From: Mobula hypostoma
Lineage: Eukaryota
Direction: 5' to 3'
NCBI RefSeq assembly: GCF_963921235.1
Contig: NC_086118.1
Coordinates: 14,014,001-14,078,000, forward strand
Length of the DNA: 64,000 nucleotides
Below the pieces are notes generated by a model. It ran no database searches and was not told where the DNA came from. It worked only from the letters and a program-made list of their open reading frames with translations. Positions 1 to 11,490 of this stretch are shown piece by piece; the first letter of the stretch is position 1; each line of letters begins with the position of its first letter. The translations under genes and the position numbers were made by a program.

Positions 1-310
1 TCAAATTCCCTGCATATTAAGCAGGAAAGCATTGTTGGCACTTTGTGTTTAGTGACAACCTAAATAGAACTTGGGCTACTTATAAATTGCATTTTCCGAA
101 GCAGTTATGTGTGTTTTATAAAATATGATTGAATTGTGCAGTGTTTGAATATGATTTGTGTTGTGATTATGGCTCTTGCCATAAAATATATTGGTTACAT
201 CTGTGGTGCAGAAGTTAGTTATTGGACAAGTATTGCTGTAGAGCTACCAGGACTTGATGTTTCAGTCCCTATGGTAAGTTGGCACTCTCGGTGTTGGCAG
301 TGGGTTTGGA

Positions 311-2112
311 GTGGTGACAAGGAGGGAGGGTAGATACGTCATTGGGGTCATCAGGTGGGCACCCTCCTTCTTTGACGTTTCGTTGATAAGCCCACGACAT
401 CTCCAGAGGGCTCAATGGTGCTACCTGGCATCCCAGTTCCATACCCTCCTGTCTTCATCTTGCAGCCCAGTTGTTGTCTTTCCTCTTAATCCAAATCCAA
501 TTGCTGCTTTCTTCTGCTGCAGTTGACAAGGACTTGATTGCTTGTTGGAGGGAGTGACCCCTCACCCCCATCTTCTTCAATAGACTGGTCGTAGATGTAG
601 CAACGAATCCCCTGCATCCCACTTCCACAGGGAAAATGTTGGTCTTCCAGCCATTCTGGGCAGCTTCAGTTGCCAGTTCAGAGTACTTGGTCTTTTTCCT
701 CTCATAAGTTTCTTCGACACCATCTTCCCATGATACTGTCAATTCCACAACTTATGCCAGCTTGGCCGTTGTGGACCACAGGACCATGTCTGGAGTGTTG
801 TAGCTGCAATGTCTGGGGGAAATACAAAGCTTTTTTTCCAAGTCCACGTCCATTTTCCAAACCCGAGCAACCTGCAGAATGCTTACATCTTTTGATGTTA
901 TATGGTGCTCTGGAGGTTGGCCTGCTGGTACAAATCATGTAATGTGAACATTTCCTGCCGATGTTTGTGGGAGAGCATTTGTGATGATTCGCCTCTGTTC
1001 CAAGATTGATGCCAGCTGTCTGAGAACTTGGTTTTGCCGCCAAGTGTACCGCCCCTGGGTGAGGCTCGTGATGCATCCTGTTAAAATGTGCCTTGGTGAT
1101 CCAGCTGCTTGACAAAGAGAGCAAGCAGGGTCTTCTCCCCAATACTGGTTCAGGTTCTGGGGTGTGGGTAGGAGGTCATAAGTGGCTCTGATGACAAAAC
1201 TTAGCCGAGATCCCTCCATCTCCCAGATGTCATGCCAGCTAAGTTCCCTCTTTTCCAGGCTCTCCCAATTAGTCCAGTGGCCCTGCTTGGCCATTGAGAT
1301 GGAACCTAGCACGTCGCTCTGCCTCCTCCTGTCTTCTCAACTCCTCCACCACGAGTCATCTCTTCTGCACTGATGTTGCCTTGTGCCATTGAGGAGCCTT
1401 TGGGACAAGCCTGAACCCAGCTCCCCCATATTGGACTTGGCCAACCACATCCCTGAGTCGAAGAGCAGACTTAGCACTCTGAACAGCTTCAGATGGGGTC
1501 CATTTCCTCCCTGTTACCACATAGGGGGGCACTGTTCGAATAACAGTATCTTCAGATTCATTGAGGGTCATGACCAATCTTGCTTTGGTGCATTTGAATT
1601 CTTCCACAAGACTTGCAATTGGTAATTCCAATTTGCCATTCCCGTGCAGTCCAACAGGACTTAAGCATCGTGGAAGTCCAAGCCACTGTTTTACATGTGT
1701 GCTGATCATTCTTTCAAGCTTTTCAACCTTGCTGATGGGGATTTCATGCACTGTTAAAGGCCACATGAGTCTTGGGAGTCTGCCGAACTGGAAGCACCAC
1801 AGCTTGAGTTTTCCTGGCAGCAAGGTCTTGTTGATGCGAGCTATGTACATGATGGTATCCTTTTTGAGTTGTTCAAACTGCTCAGTGTCCTTGAGCTTAG
1901 CAAGCTCTTCACTGGCATTTCTGAAACAGTTAGGACAGGTGTCCTGTTAATCTGAAATCTTCCATCCGTGACTTGACCTTTGATGATGGAGATGCTTCTG
2001 CACTTTCTGGGCTTGATATTCATCCTCGCCCATGTGATGTTGTGATGAAGCTTTCCCAGAAGTCTCTTGGTGCAGGGGACAGTTGTCGTCAGTATCGTTA
2101 TATCGTCCATAT
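311..2112 (-). mobile_element. 5'-truncated, frameshifted RLE-type non-LTR retrotransposon (HERO/NeSL-like)
   Basis: Minus ORF fragments in order: RT (MDDITILT..., PGKLKLWCFQFG.LPRLMWPL), CCHC knuckle (CSLCQAAGSPRHILTGC), restriction-like endonuclease (ELTVSWED...RKKTKYSEL...PVEVGCRGF), stop at 455-457, then 3' UTR. The 3' boundary is approximate. Confidence 0.85.
348..411 (-). ncRNA. Candidate permuted hammerhead ribozyme core in the retrotransposon 3' UTR
   Basis: Minus strand reads gatGUC-gtgggc-ttatcaac-GAAAcgtc-...-gcccac-CUGAUGA. Stem I gtgggc/gcccac and stem III gatgu/acguc can form. Stem II is weak or unclear. Confidence 0.55.
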
Positions 2113-2703
2113 AGGCTGAGGCCTTTACTAACTATCCTGAAATTCAATTTCAAATTCCACTGTGAAAGCTGTGGAATTTAGATTTAGTTAATAATTTGGA
2201 ACAATAACCAGCCATAAATAATGAAGTCCACAAAGATGACCAGTTTGTATCAAAAACTTACTTGGTTCACCCCATTATCTTTCAAGGGAGACAATCTGTC
2301 ATTGTTTGCTGGTCTGGCCTACATGTGAATCTTTCCCTCTTAAAGTACCCTTTGAAATGGCTACCAATGGCTAATGATACCGAGATCCAAAAAAATGATA
2401 AAATAAGAAAAAAAATCATGGTAGCATTCTTTGGCATTCAGAATGAATTCAATGTCCTCCCTACCTTCTCCAACTAATCCAGTCTTTCAAAACGGCCTTT
2501 GGCTTGCCCTTGTGTTGATTAAGTTCTTTCATCAACATCCATCACAAACTGTGAGCTCCTCACCAACACACCAATCTTTGACTTGTTCTGTGGTTAACTA
2601 TTTAATTGGATTAGCCACAATATTCTTTGGTTGCCACCTCTTGTTGTTGTTTTTCTCCTCAATAGTCCACCACCACCTAAAGAAAATCAATTGAGACATT
2701 GCC

Positions 2704-2823
2704 ATCTCTTACTATCTCTTCTTTCAGTTCGTCCTGATGAAGGGTCCCGGCCCGAAACATCGACCGTACCTCTTCCTATAGATGCTTCTTGGCCTGCTGC
2801 GTTCCACCAGCATTTTTGTGTGC
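2704..2823 (+). mobile_element. Short Penelope-terminus-derived element carrying a minimal hammerhead (2731-2764)
   Basis: gtc-CTGATGA-a-ggg-tcccgg-ccc-GAAACATC-gac. The sequence matches the 3' ends of the Penelope copies at 4574-4700 and 45900-46068. Confidence 0.8.
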
Positions 2824-3377
2824 ATCGCCATTGAATGTAGCTTGACCGCCACAACCCTGATTTGCTGGATCTCAACTCGACTTTGGGAGTCCCCTGCACC
2901 CATTCCACCCCTGCCCCACCCACACAGGAGCAATACTCGTGAGCGTACTTATGAACAGCTTAATTGATGGGACACACACTGTTGCAAGTCAAATGTAAAT
3001 TAGATTAACTTGTTTCTAAAAATATCATTATCTGATTAATTTGAGTCTGAACATATGGCAAGATATGGCAAGAACATATACCTCTGCTGGAGAGGAAAGC
3101 TGTTCATATCTGAAAACTTCCATTCCCAATATCTGGGATACAAACTATTTAACAGAGACTAGTCACTAAGATCAGTCTACAATTCCACTACCAGTGCTTC
3201 CTGTGACTACTGGGGTAATAGACAGTGAACTAGATGGACTTCTGTATTTTGTCGCAGCCAGAAATTTCCATATTTTTAAGAGAATCATTTTGTCAAATCA
3301 ACATGGGATAGCATGTAATAGAGTTTACACATTTATGTTAAAACTTCTTTACCAATTTAAATCTGACACATTCAAAA

Positions 3378-3494
3378 TAATCAGAATCAGAATTAGGTGT
3401 AATACCATTGGCATATGTTGTGGAATGTATTGTTTTACAGCAACAGTATATTGCAATAAATAATAATAAAAAAAGCTATAAATTACAATAAGTA
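3378..3494 (-). mobile_element. 3' tail of a Rex1/Babar-type LINE, interrupted by the ERV and continuing at 9773
   Basis: (aatcag)n tail plus 3' UTR. It lines up with the minus-strand LINE 3' region resuming at about 9773. Confidence 0.55.
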
Positions 3495-4107
3495 TATAGT
3501 ATTGCTTGTGACATACCAGACATCCTCTGCAGCATATACTGATAGAGGGTGATGATAGGAGTACAGAGCTATTCTGTGTGTATGAATAAGGGTAAATTGA
3601 CTAAGAGAGAATGAAAATATTTCTAACTATCTCCCTGCTTTTGTGTTTAAAGTTTCCTGCTGGAACGCTGCTTTGTTCTGTTTTAATATGTCTTGTGTTT
3701 TGTTGGATGTCAGACATTTGTTGAGGCTTGACAAGTCACTGATAACCTTGTGATTTGTGAAAATTAAATTATCGATTTGTGAAAAGTGTACATTATGTGA
3801 TATGTGCTAATTGTGCTTATTGGGGACCTAGAGGTGTGAGAGATTGTTGTAAACCTAGAGTAACTGGCCTGATACCGTTTTTTCCTATGAAACAAGTAAA
3901 GTGCCAATTTGGTCATAACCTGATTCTTGCATCCCTAACCACAATGTGGTGTTTGTAAATCTTATTTGTTCTGTTTATTTGTCAACAAGATGTTGTTAAG
4001 GATGAGGACATGTATTTTAATGTGAATGTTGAGGTTAATAATTGGATATGTATAATTTTTAATATTTTTTCATCATAGTATTAGTTTCTATCACCCAAGA
4101 GATATTA

Positions 4108-4561
4108 CGAGGGGTGATTGATTAGTTCGTGGCCTAAGGTAGAAGGAGTCAATTTTAGAAAACCTAGCACATTTATTTTTCAACGTAGTCCCTTCCTACA
4201 TTTACACACTTAATCCAGCGGTCGTGAAGCATACGTTTCCTTCTTTGTAGAAGTGGTCTACAGCAGGGGTGATTGATAAGTTTGTGGCTTAAAGTAGAAG
4301 GAGATGAGTTATACAGCTCTCGTTACATGCACATGCAGTTCAACTCTTTGTATAAAAATGCAGAAAGTTTAAGGTTAATAACTCATCTCAACTCAAGATG
4401 AGTTGAGGTTAATAACTCAAGATGCCGACTTCTACAAAGAAGGGATCCATATGCTCCATGACTGCTGGACTAACTGTGTAAATGTAGGAAAAATAAATGT
4501 GCTAGCTTTTCTAAAATTGACTCCTTCTACCTTAGGCCACAAACTTATCAATCACTCCTCG
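4108..4561. mobile_element. Mariner-derived MITE with long inverted arms
   Basis: TA-cgagggg...ctcg-TA ends with about 150-nt inverted arms. The right arm retains a mariner transposase C-terminal remnant (FYKEGIHMLHDCWTNCVNVG). An internal third TIR copy lies at about 4264. Confidence 0.85.
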
Positions 4562-4633
4562 TAATGTGTATTCACACACACAGAAAACGCTGGTGAACGC
4601 AGCAGGCCAGGCAGCATCTTTAGGAAGAGGTAC

Positions 4634-4669
4634 AGTCGATGTTTCGGGCCAAAACCCTTCGTCAGGACT
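4634..4669 (-). ncRNA. Minimal type I hammerhead ribozyme motif (Penelope terminus)
   Basis: Minus strand: agtc-CTGACGA-a-ggg-ttttgg-ccc-GAAACATC-gact. Confidence 0.75.
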
Positions 4670-4934
4670 AACTGAGAGAAGAGATAGTAAGAGATTTGAA
4701 AGTGGGAGGGTGAGGGGGAGATTTGAAATGATAGGAGATGACAGGAGGGGGAGGGATGGAGCTAAGACCTGGAAAATTGAATGGCAAAAGGGAGACAAGG
4801 CTGGAGAAGGGAAAGGGTCATGGGACGGGAGGCCTAGGGAAAAGGAAAGGGGGAGGGGGAAGCCCAGAGGATGGGCAAGGAGTTATAGTGAGAGGGACAG
4901 AGGAAGAAAAAAAGAGAGGAAAAAAAGGGAAAGA

Positions 4935-5018
4935 ATAAATAAATAAATAAATAAATAGATAGATAGATAGATAGATAGATAGAGATAGATAGATAGATAG
5001 ATAGATAGATAAATAAAT
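4935..5018 (+). repeat. (AAAT)n/(AGAT)n compound microsatellite inside the Penelope 3' UTR
   Basis: Direct tetranucleotide tandem repeats. Confidence 0.95.
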
Positions 5019-5500
5019 AACGGATGGGGTACAAGGGGGAGGTGGGGCATTAAGGCAAGTTAGAGAAGTCGATGTTCATGCCATCAGGTTGGAGGCTACC
5101 CAGACGGAATATAAGGTGTTGTTCCTCCAACCTGAGTGTGGCTTCATCTTTACAGTAGAGGAGGCCGTGGATAGACATACCAGAATGGGAATGGGATGTG
5201 GAATTTAAACGTGTGGCCACTGGGAGATCCTGCTTTCTCTGGCAGACAGAATGTAGGTGTTCAGCGAAACGGTCTCCCAGCCTGCGTCGGGTCTCGCCAG
5301 TATATAGAAGGCCACATCGGGAGCACCGGATGCAGTATATCACCCCAGCCAACTCACAGGTGAAGTGTCACCACACCTGGAAGAACTGATGAACTTTCCA
5401 GCTCTTGGCTCTATCCCTCCCCCTCTGGCCTTTTCCTATCATTTTGGATCTCCCCCTCCCCCTCCAACTTTCAAATCTCTTACTATCTCTTCTTTCCGTT

Positions 5501-5536
5501 AGTCCTGACGAAGGGTCTCGGCCGGAAACATCGACT
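5501..5536 (+). ncRNA. Minimal type I hammerhead ribozyme motif (inverted Penelope terminus)
   Basis: agtc-CTGACGA-a-ggg-tctcgg-ccg-GAAACATC-gact. Confidence 0.7.
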
Positions 5537-6419
5537 GTACCTCTTCCTATAGATGCTGCCTGGCCTGCTGTGTTCACCAGCGTTTTTTGTGTGTGGTGCT
5601 TGAATTTCCAGCATCTGCATATTTCCTCGTGTTTCGTAATGTGTATTCTATGTTTTAAGCAGAAGGAAGAGTTTAATTTGTCTTTGACCTGTTCAGACAT
5701 TCAAAAGGGTGGAATGCGTTGTGGTGTATAAACTGTTGTAAAAATATTGGATGAAAGTTTGAACTTTAACTCTTTGTGAACTCACAGCATGTAAAGTGTC
5801 AATGTGTCTATACAAGTTAAACACTGTGGGATTGTTAATATTTAATTGTTGCTGTTCACCTCTGGAGTCTTCCTTCACCTCAAGGTACAAGTGGCATGAT
5901 GTCGGTCGACGAACAAGAGTTGTTTGAAATAAAGAAACAATGCTGAGTTACTGGAGAACAAAAGTCCAAAGAGTTTATCTGTCTCTTCCTTTCTCGCCAT
6001 TCTTGTGGATTGAGCACCTATGTACTGAGGCACATTTCCCTCGGTTCTTGAGACTCCACCTAGAACAAGGAAACGCGATCATCCGGGGCGGAAGGACCCA
6101 GGGTGGTTTCACGAATCCGAAATCGGAGTTCCCCCGACAACGGCAACAGTCAAGTGAAGGTTGAGAATTGTAAGCCTTGAAATCTTTGTAACTTACTACA
6201 CAGTATTTAGTGTGGCTTGTTCATGCTTTCTATCTATGATAATAAATTAGGCTGACCACATTTCCGGGACTTGAATTCATTTGGATCTGATCAACCCATT
6301 ATTGAATATATGTCCTCAGAATTGTCTGATGATAAGCTCCCGTGTGTAATATCACAATTCCTTAAGCATACAGTATAGCATTTCCCTCCAAGAGGAATTT
6401 TCTGCCTCAAAAAGTGTTT

Positions 6420-7800
6420 TTTTAATGACGGTTACGACAGTTACATACTGAGAAAACCCAGCTGTGCGAGAAAATAAAACGACTGCAGTGCGATTTGGAC
6501 TCTGAGTTCTGAGAACACTATTTTAAATGAAACAGCATGCGCAGCGCAAAAAAGCACTGAACCTCAACAAGTTGCCGTGGCTCTGTAGATTGGCCAGTGT
6601 AATGCAAAACCACGGCACGCAGCGCAGTTGCATGACGGTGGATCCTGTAGAGATTCGATCCGTGGCCCTGCAGGAGGATTGGGGTCCAGATACCTGGGAC
6701 GGGGATACCTGGTATGAGGTACCTGATACCTGATTCGGATGGGGACGAGAACGATGTAATCGCGGCGCCCCTCAGACATGTAAAAGTTAAAGAGGGTCGC
6801 CAAAATGCTGATGAACGAAATCAAGTTGTAGTGGCCGTCTCTATCACCACTGACACCAACATTCATAACTACGCCGTCGCTGAGTTACAGTAATTAGTCC
6901 AAAGTCTGCGTCAGTGACCGGGGGAATCCTTACCCAGCTGGTTCACCTGAATATGGGGTTTAGGAGCCTCCCAGCTGTTTTTTTTAAAATATGCATGATT
7001 TAAGCCAATAGGTTGGTCAGGCTGACGGAGCTGAACGCTCCCGAGGGCAGTTGTTATATAAATTGTTTGTACTCACTGCCCTGGCCCTTTGGATTGGTAT
7101 GTGTGTCCTCGTTCCAGCACCGCCACCCCTCCCCCCCCCCCCCCCACGAGGCTATTTCACACCTTCGTGAAATGGCAACACAATTTGCCATTTATAATAA
7201 TGATAATGCCTTTAAGAGCCCAGAGTCTCTCCTCTTTTCCCTCGGTATGCGCGCCCGATTGATGGAACGGGGCCTCGAATAGTGGAGAGGATTCCTGCTG
7301 GCTCTGTTAGGACCAGTTGAGGGTCAGACTGTTGCAGAGACTAGCAATCTTTTAGCCCAATTTGAAGGGTCAGATGTAGATTAGGAACGGATGCCGATTA
7401 AGGCTGCTTTTAAATCCCGGCAGTTGCAGGGGAAATCTGGACGCATAATGAATGGAACTAGGCATGTTCTAAAGCAGCCGACGCCTGCCTCAGCAGTCAG
7501 TATCAAAGAGCTCCTCTTTCCTTCTTAGAAGGAAGAAAATATTTCTGTCCCTGCTAAAGACAAGGGAAACGATGATGGTGTTTCTCCTGGTGCTCTTTAT
7601 GTGTTATGCGGTGAGCATTGTGACTCAGGTAGAATGCATCAATAGCCCAGACAAAGGGACCGGTCACACATCGGACTGTACTGTTAACCCCCAAAAGCAG
7701 GACGTTTCCCGGCTACATCCAGACTTGGGTGTATTGGACCCTGGATGGCGGGTTACTGAGCCCGTCGTTTAGGAGAATGGTAGGGCTCTGGGACTGACAT
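6420..7800 (+). pseudogene. gag: ERV gag remnant (ERV-L-like)
   Basis: ALQEDWGPDTWDGDTW resembles the ERV-L gag W-D-P-x-T-W-x-G-D-x-W motif. Q*PGESLPSWFT*IWGLG resembles the downstream ERV-L capsid motif. Many stops; boundaries approximate. Confidence 0.65.
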
Positions 7801-7837
7801 TGTTGCTACGGCAACTTGTGTTTCTGGCGTACCAGAG

Positions 7838-9715
7838 GGAGACCTGACGCCATACATACTTATTACCTTTTGGTAGTCACACGGCAAGAAGCAGCGGCGA
7901 ATCGCCCTGGAGGACGCCGCGGCTGAGGTTATATTATTACACGGGAATCGGGATCTCTATACAGGGGTGCGAGTGTGTATTCATGGATATGGATGCTGTA
8001 CTGGTCTCTCCCGTGCTCATCTCCCACATACCTGAAAGCATTTGGGAATTGGTTTGTTAAGAGAAATTCTATCACCACACTCTTGCTTTTGGTATTACGA
8101 AGGTGTCTATTCTGGTTGACAAGTCAAAGTGGGAAACTATCTTTATATGAATGCCATTTCAAACAGTAATTGGAAAACAATATTGTTTACCAGAAGAGCA
8201 TAAAGAAATGGACAAGAAAGTGAAGATCTTCCTAAACCTGTGGGGTTCTTCATTCTGCCTCATTCCTTTGTAATAGTCCTGTTTGGCCAGCTCGGAAACC
8301 CAATGGTCCATAGCACATTACCATTGATTATTGTCAATTAAACTGACTTACCCTTCTACTGGCCACAGCTGTTCCAGACGTTATGACCCTGATGGAGGAC
8401 CTTTCTCGAGAGGCTGACAGTTAGTACGCTGTTATTGATTTGGCTAATGCTTTCTTCTCCATCTTGATTGCTGAGCTGTCCCAAGATCAGTTTGCATTTA
8501 CGTGGAAAGGCCTTCAGTACACCTTTGCACAGCTTCCGCAGTGAGAATGTGCATAGTCCTACTATTTCCCATAGTGTGGTGGCATGGGATCTGCATTAAT
8601 GTGCCCTATCTCTCAGCATTAATGTAACTCATTAAACAGATGATGTGTTATTGCAGGGAGTCCTCTGAAGAGAAGGTTTCTGAAGTCCTTAATACTTTGA
8701 CTGATCACATGCGATTGAGGGGATGGGAAATTAACCCTGGTAAAGTACAAGGTTCAGCTAGGACTGTACATTTTCTGGGAATACAATGGATTAAGGGCGA
8801 TAGGATAATTCCAGATAAAATCAGAAATAAGATCCTAGACATGGCACCCCCTACGATGAAACAAGAAGCCCCATGCTTTCTTGGCCTTTTGGGATACTGG
8901 CGATGCCATATACCACATTTGAACTATGCTTCTTCAACTCTTGTACACTGTGACCAGATTGAAATTTAGTTTTGTATGGGGCCCTGAGCGACAATCAGCT
9001 TTTGAGGCTGTAGAGGAGGACATCGCTGAGGCCTTACTTCTCTCTCCTCCTCGAGAAGGCTTCCCCTTTGAACTGCGAGTTTCTGTTAAAGATGATGTGG
9101 CCACCTGGAGCCTGTGGCAGAAGTATGGAAGAAAGAATATGCCTCTTGGTTCCTGGTCCAGAAAGCTTCCTGATGCAGGCACATTGAGTCTGAGAAACAG
9201 CTTCTTGTCTGCTGTTAGTAGAGAGTGAAACACAGGTGGGAAAATCTCTCGTCTCCCTCCATACTGACCTTCCTAAAACGGGCTGGGTAATCTCTGACAC
9301 ACTTACCCACAAGGTAGGGCATGCACAACAGAGTTCATTCATCAACTGGAAGGAAGTAGTATATTTATGAACAAGCATCACGGGACCAGACAGAATTAGT
9401 AAAATACGTGAACTGGTTGTTGAATCCCCTCAGGCTATGTCACCTACTCCGGTCGAAGTCTTGCCTGCTGCATGTGGTGTTCCCTTTGACCTTCAGACTC
9501 CTGTTCACCAACAGCTCTGTGATATGGAAGAATGGTCATCACTGTTGGAAGGCCGCTGCCCTTAACCCTGTCACCCAACAAGTTCTGAAGAAGGAGGGCT
9601 CTGGTGGCTCAAATCAATAGGCAGAGGTTGTAGCACTGCATACTGTCATTATGCATGAAACCGAAGAAGCCCATATTTATACCGATTCTTAGGCTGTTGC
9701 TGATGGACCTCATTT
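7838..9715 (+). pseudogene. pol: ERV pro-pol remnant (protease, RT, RNase H; integrase missing)
   Basis: Protease D*RPYILITFW...ALEDAAAEVILLHGN...IHGYG. RT NSPVWPARKPNG, IDY, YAVIDLANAFFSI, QDQFAFTWKGLQYTF, HSPTI, GWEINPGKVQG, FLGLLGYWRCHIP. RNase H FTNSS...WKAAA...Q*AEV...IYTDS. Confidence 0.92.
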
Positions 9716-9772
9716 CCTGGAAACTCAAATTAGTTTGGGTTTTTTTGGGTCTGATCAACCCAGCCCATTATA

Positions 9773-10265
9773 AGTGTGTGTATATAATATATAAAAAATA
9801 GTGAGGTAATATTCACGGGTTCACTGCCCATTCAGAAATCTGATGACAGAGGGCAAGAAGCTGCTCCTAAGACACTGAGTGTCTGTCTTCTGGCTCATGT
9901 ACTTCATCCTTAGTGGTAGCAATGTGATGAGGGCAAGTCCTGGATGATGAGGGTCCTTAGTGATGGATGCCCCCGATTTGAGGTACTGTATCACCTTCTG
10001 AGGATGTCCTTGACACTGAAGAGGGTAGGCCCCATAATGGAGCAGGCTGAGTTTAGAACTTTCTGCAGCTTTTCCAGATCCTGTGCAGTGGCCCCGCCAT
10101 ACCATTTAGAATGCTCTCCACAGTACATCCATAGAAATTTGTGTGTGTCATTGGTGACATACCAAGTTTCCTCAAACTCCTAATGAAGTACAGCCACTGC
10201 CGTGCCTTCTTTGTAATTGCATCAATTGAGCCCAGGATAGATCTTCCAAGATGTTTACACCCAGA
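9773..10265 (-). mobile_element. Rex1/Babar-type LINE 3' part (continues 3378-3494 and 11491-11680)
   Basis: KKARQWLYFIRSLRKLG...FYGCTVESIL and ASITKDPHHPG...RSSFLPSVIRFLN. Confidence 0.85.
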
Positions 10266-10269
10266 ACTC

Positions 10270-11489
10270 TCCACATAGATTTAGACCACCTAGACAACAC
10301 AAACACCTAAGTCAGGGTGCTGTTCATCGACTATATCTCAGCATTTAATACCATCATTCCCACAATCCTGATTGAGAAGTTGCAGAACCTGGGCCCCTGT
10401 ACCTCTCTCTGCAATTGGATCCTCGACTTCCTACCCAGAAGACCACAGTCTGTGCGGATTGGTGATAACATCCCCTCCTCACTGACGATCAACACTGGCG
10501 TGCCTCAGGGGTGTGTACTTAGCCCATGGCTCTACTCTCTGGATACACATGACTGTGTGGCTAGGCATAACTCAAATATCATCTATAAATTTGCTGATGA
10601 TACAACCATTGTTGGTAGAACCTCGGGTGGAGACAAGAAGGTGTACAGGAGTGAGATATGCCAACTAGTGGAATGGCGCCTCAGCAACAACCTGACACTC
10701 AATATCAGTAGGATGAAAGAGATGATTGTGGACTTCAGGAAGGGTAAGACATAGGAACACATACCAATCCTCATACAGAGGTCAGAAGTGGAGAAAGTGA
10801 GTAGCTTCAAGTTCCTGGGTGTCAAGATCTCTGAGGATCTAACCTGGTCCCAACATATTGATGTAGTCATAAAGAAGGCAAGACAGCGGCTATACTAAGA
10901 GTTTGAAGAGGTTTGGCATATCGACAAATACACTCAAAAACTTCTATAGTTGTACTGTGGAGAGCATTCAGACAGGCTACATCACTGTCTGTACGGAGGG
11001 GCTACTGCCCAGGACCGAAAGAAGCTGCAGAAAGTTGTAAAACTAGTCAGCTCCATCTTGGGTACTAGCCTACAAAGTACTCAGGACATCTTTAGGGAGC
11101 AGTGCCTCAGAAAGGCAGCATCCATTATTAAGGACCTCCAGCACCCAGGGCATGCCCATTTCTCACTGTTACCAGCGGGTAGAAGATACAGAAGCCTGAA
11201 GGCACACACTCAGTGATTCAGGAACAGCTTCTGCCTCTGCCATCCAATTCCTAAATGGATATTGAAGTTTTGGACACTACCTCACTTTTTTTTAATATAC
11301 AGTATTTCTGTTTTTGCACATTTTTTAAATCTATTCTATGTATGTAATTGATTGACTTGTTTATTTATTGTTTTATTTTATTTATTATTATTATCTTTTT
11401 CTCTCTCTGCTAGATTATGTATTGTATTGAACTGCTGCTGCTAAGTTAACAAATTTCACGTCACATACCAATGACAAATTCTGATTCTG
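10270..11489 (+). mobile_element. Rex1/Babar-type LINE, 5'-truncated
   Basis: RT motifs [30 protein letters not shown]. The 3' UTR ends in (attctg)n. Confidence 0.92.
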
Positions 11490-11490
11490 A

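Larger units (their letters stand above)
4574..5633 (-). mobile_element. Penelope-like element, 5'-truncated, with inverted terminal segment
   Basis: GIY-YIG endonuclease on minus at 5050-5360 (VIYCIRCSRCGLLYTGETRRRLGDRFAEH). The terminus 4574-4775 is inverted at about 5395-5590. A 15-nt direct repeat tcgtaatgtgtattc flanks it (4559-4573 and 5634-5648). Confidence 0.92.
3495..9772 (+). mobile_element. Degenerate class III (ERV-L-like) endogenous retrovirus: putative long 5' LTR, gag-pro-pol, internal deletion, 3' LTR stub
   Basis: The LTR-end motif g(a/g)tctgatcaaccca...atta occurs at about 6284-6301 and again at 9748-9772. AATAAA is at 6241. Ends read tatagt...attata with possible TSD agta/agtg. 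The coding motifs are clear; the 5' boundary is inferred. Confidence 0.7.

Noticed and set aside
136..333. Short plus ORF with an ATG|GTAAGT donor at about 273
   Set aside because: No recognisable protein, weak acceptor, and the 3' part overlaps the retrotransposon tail.
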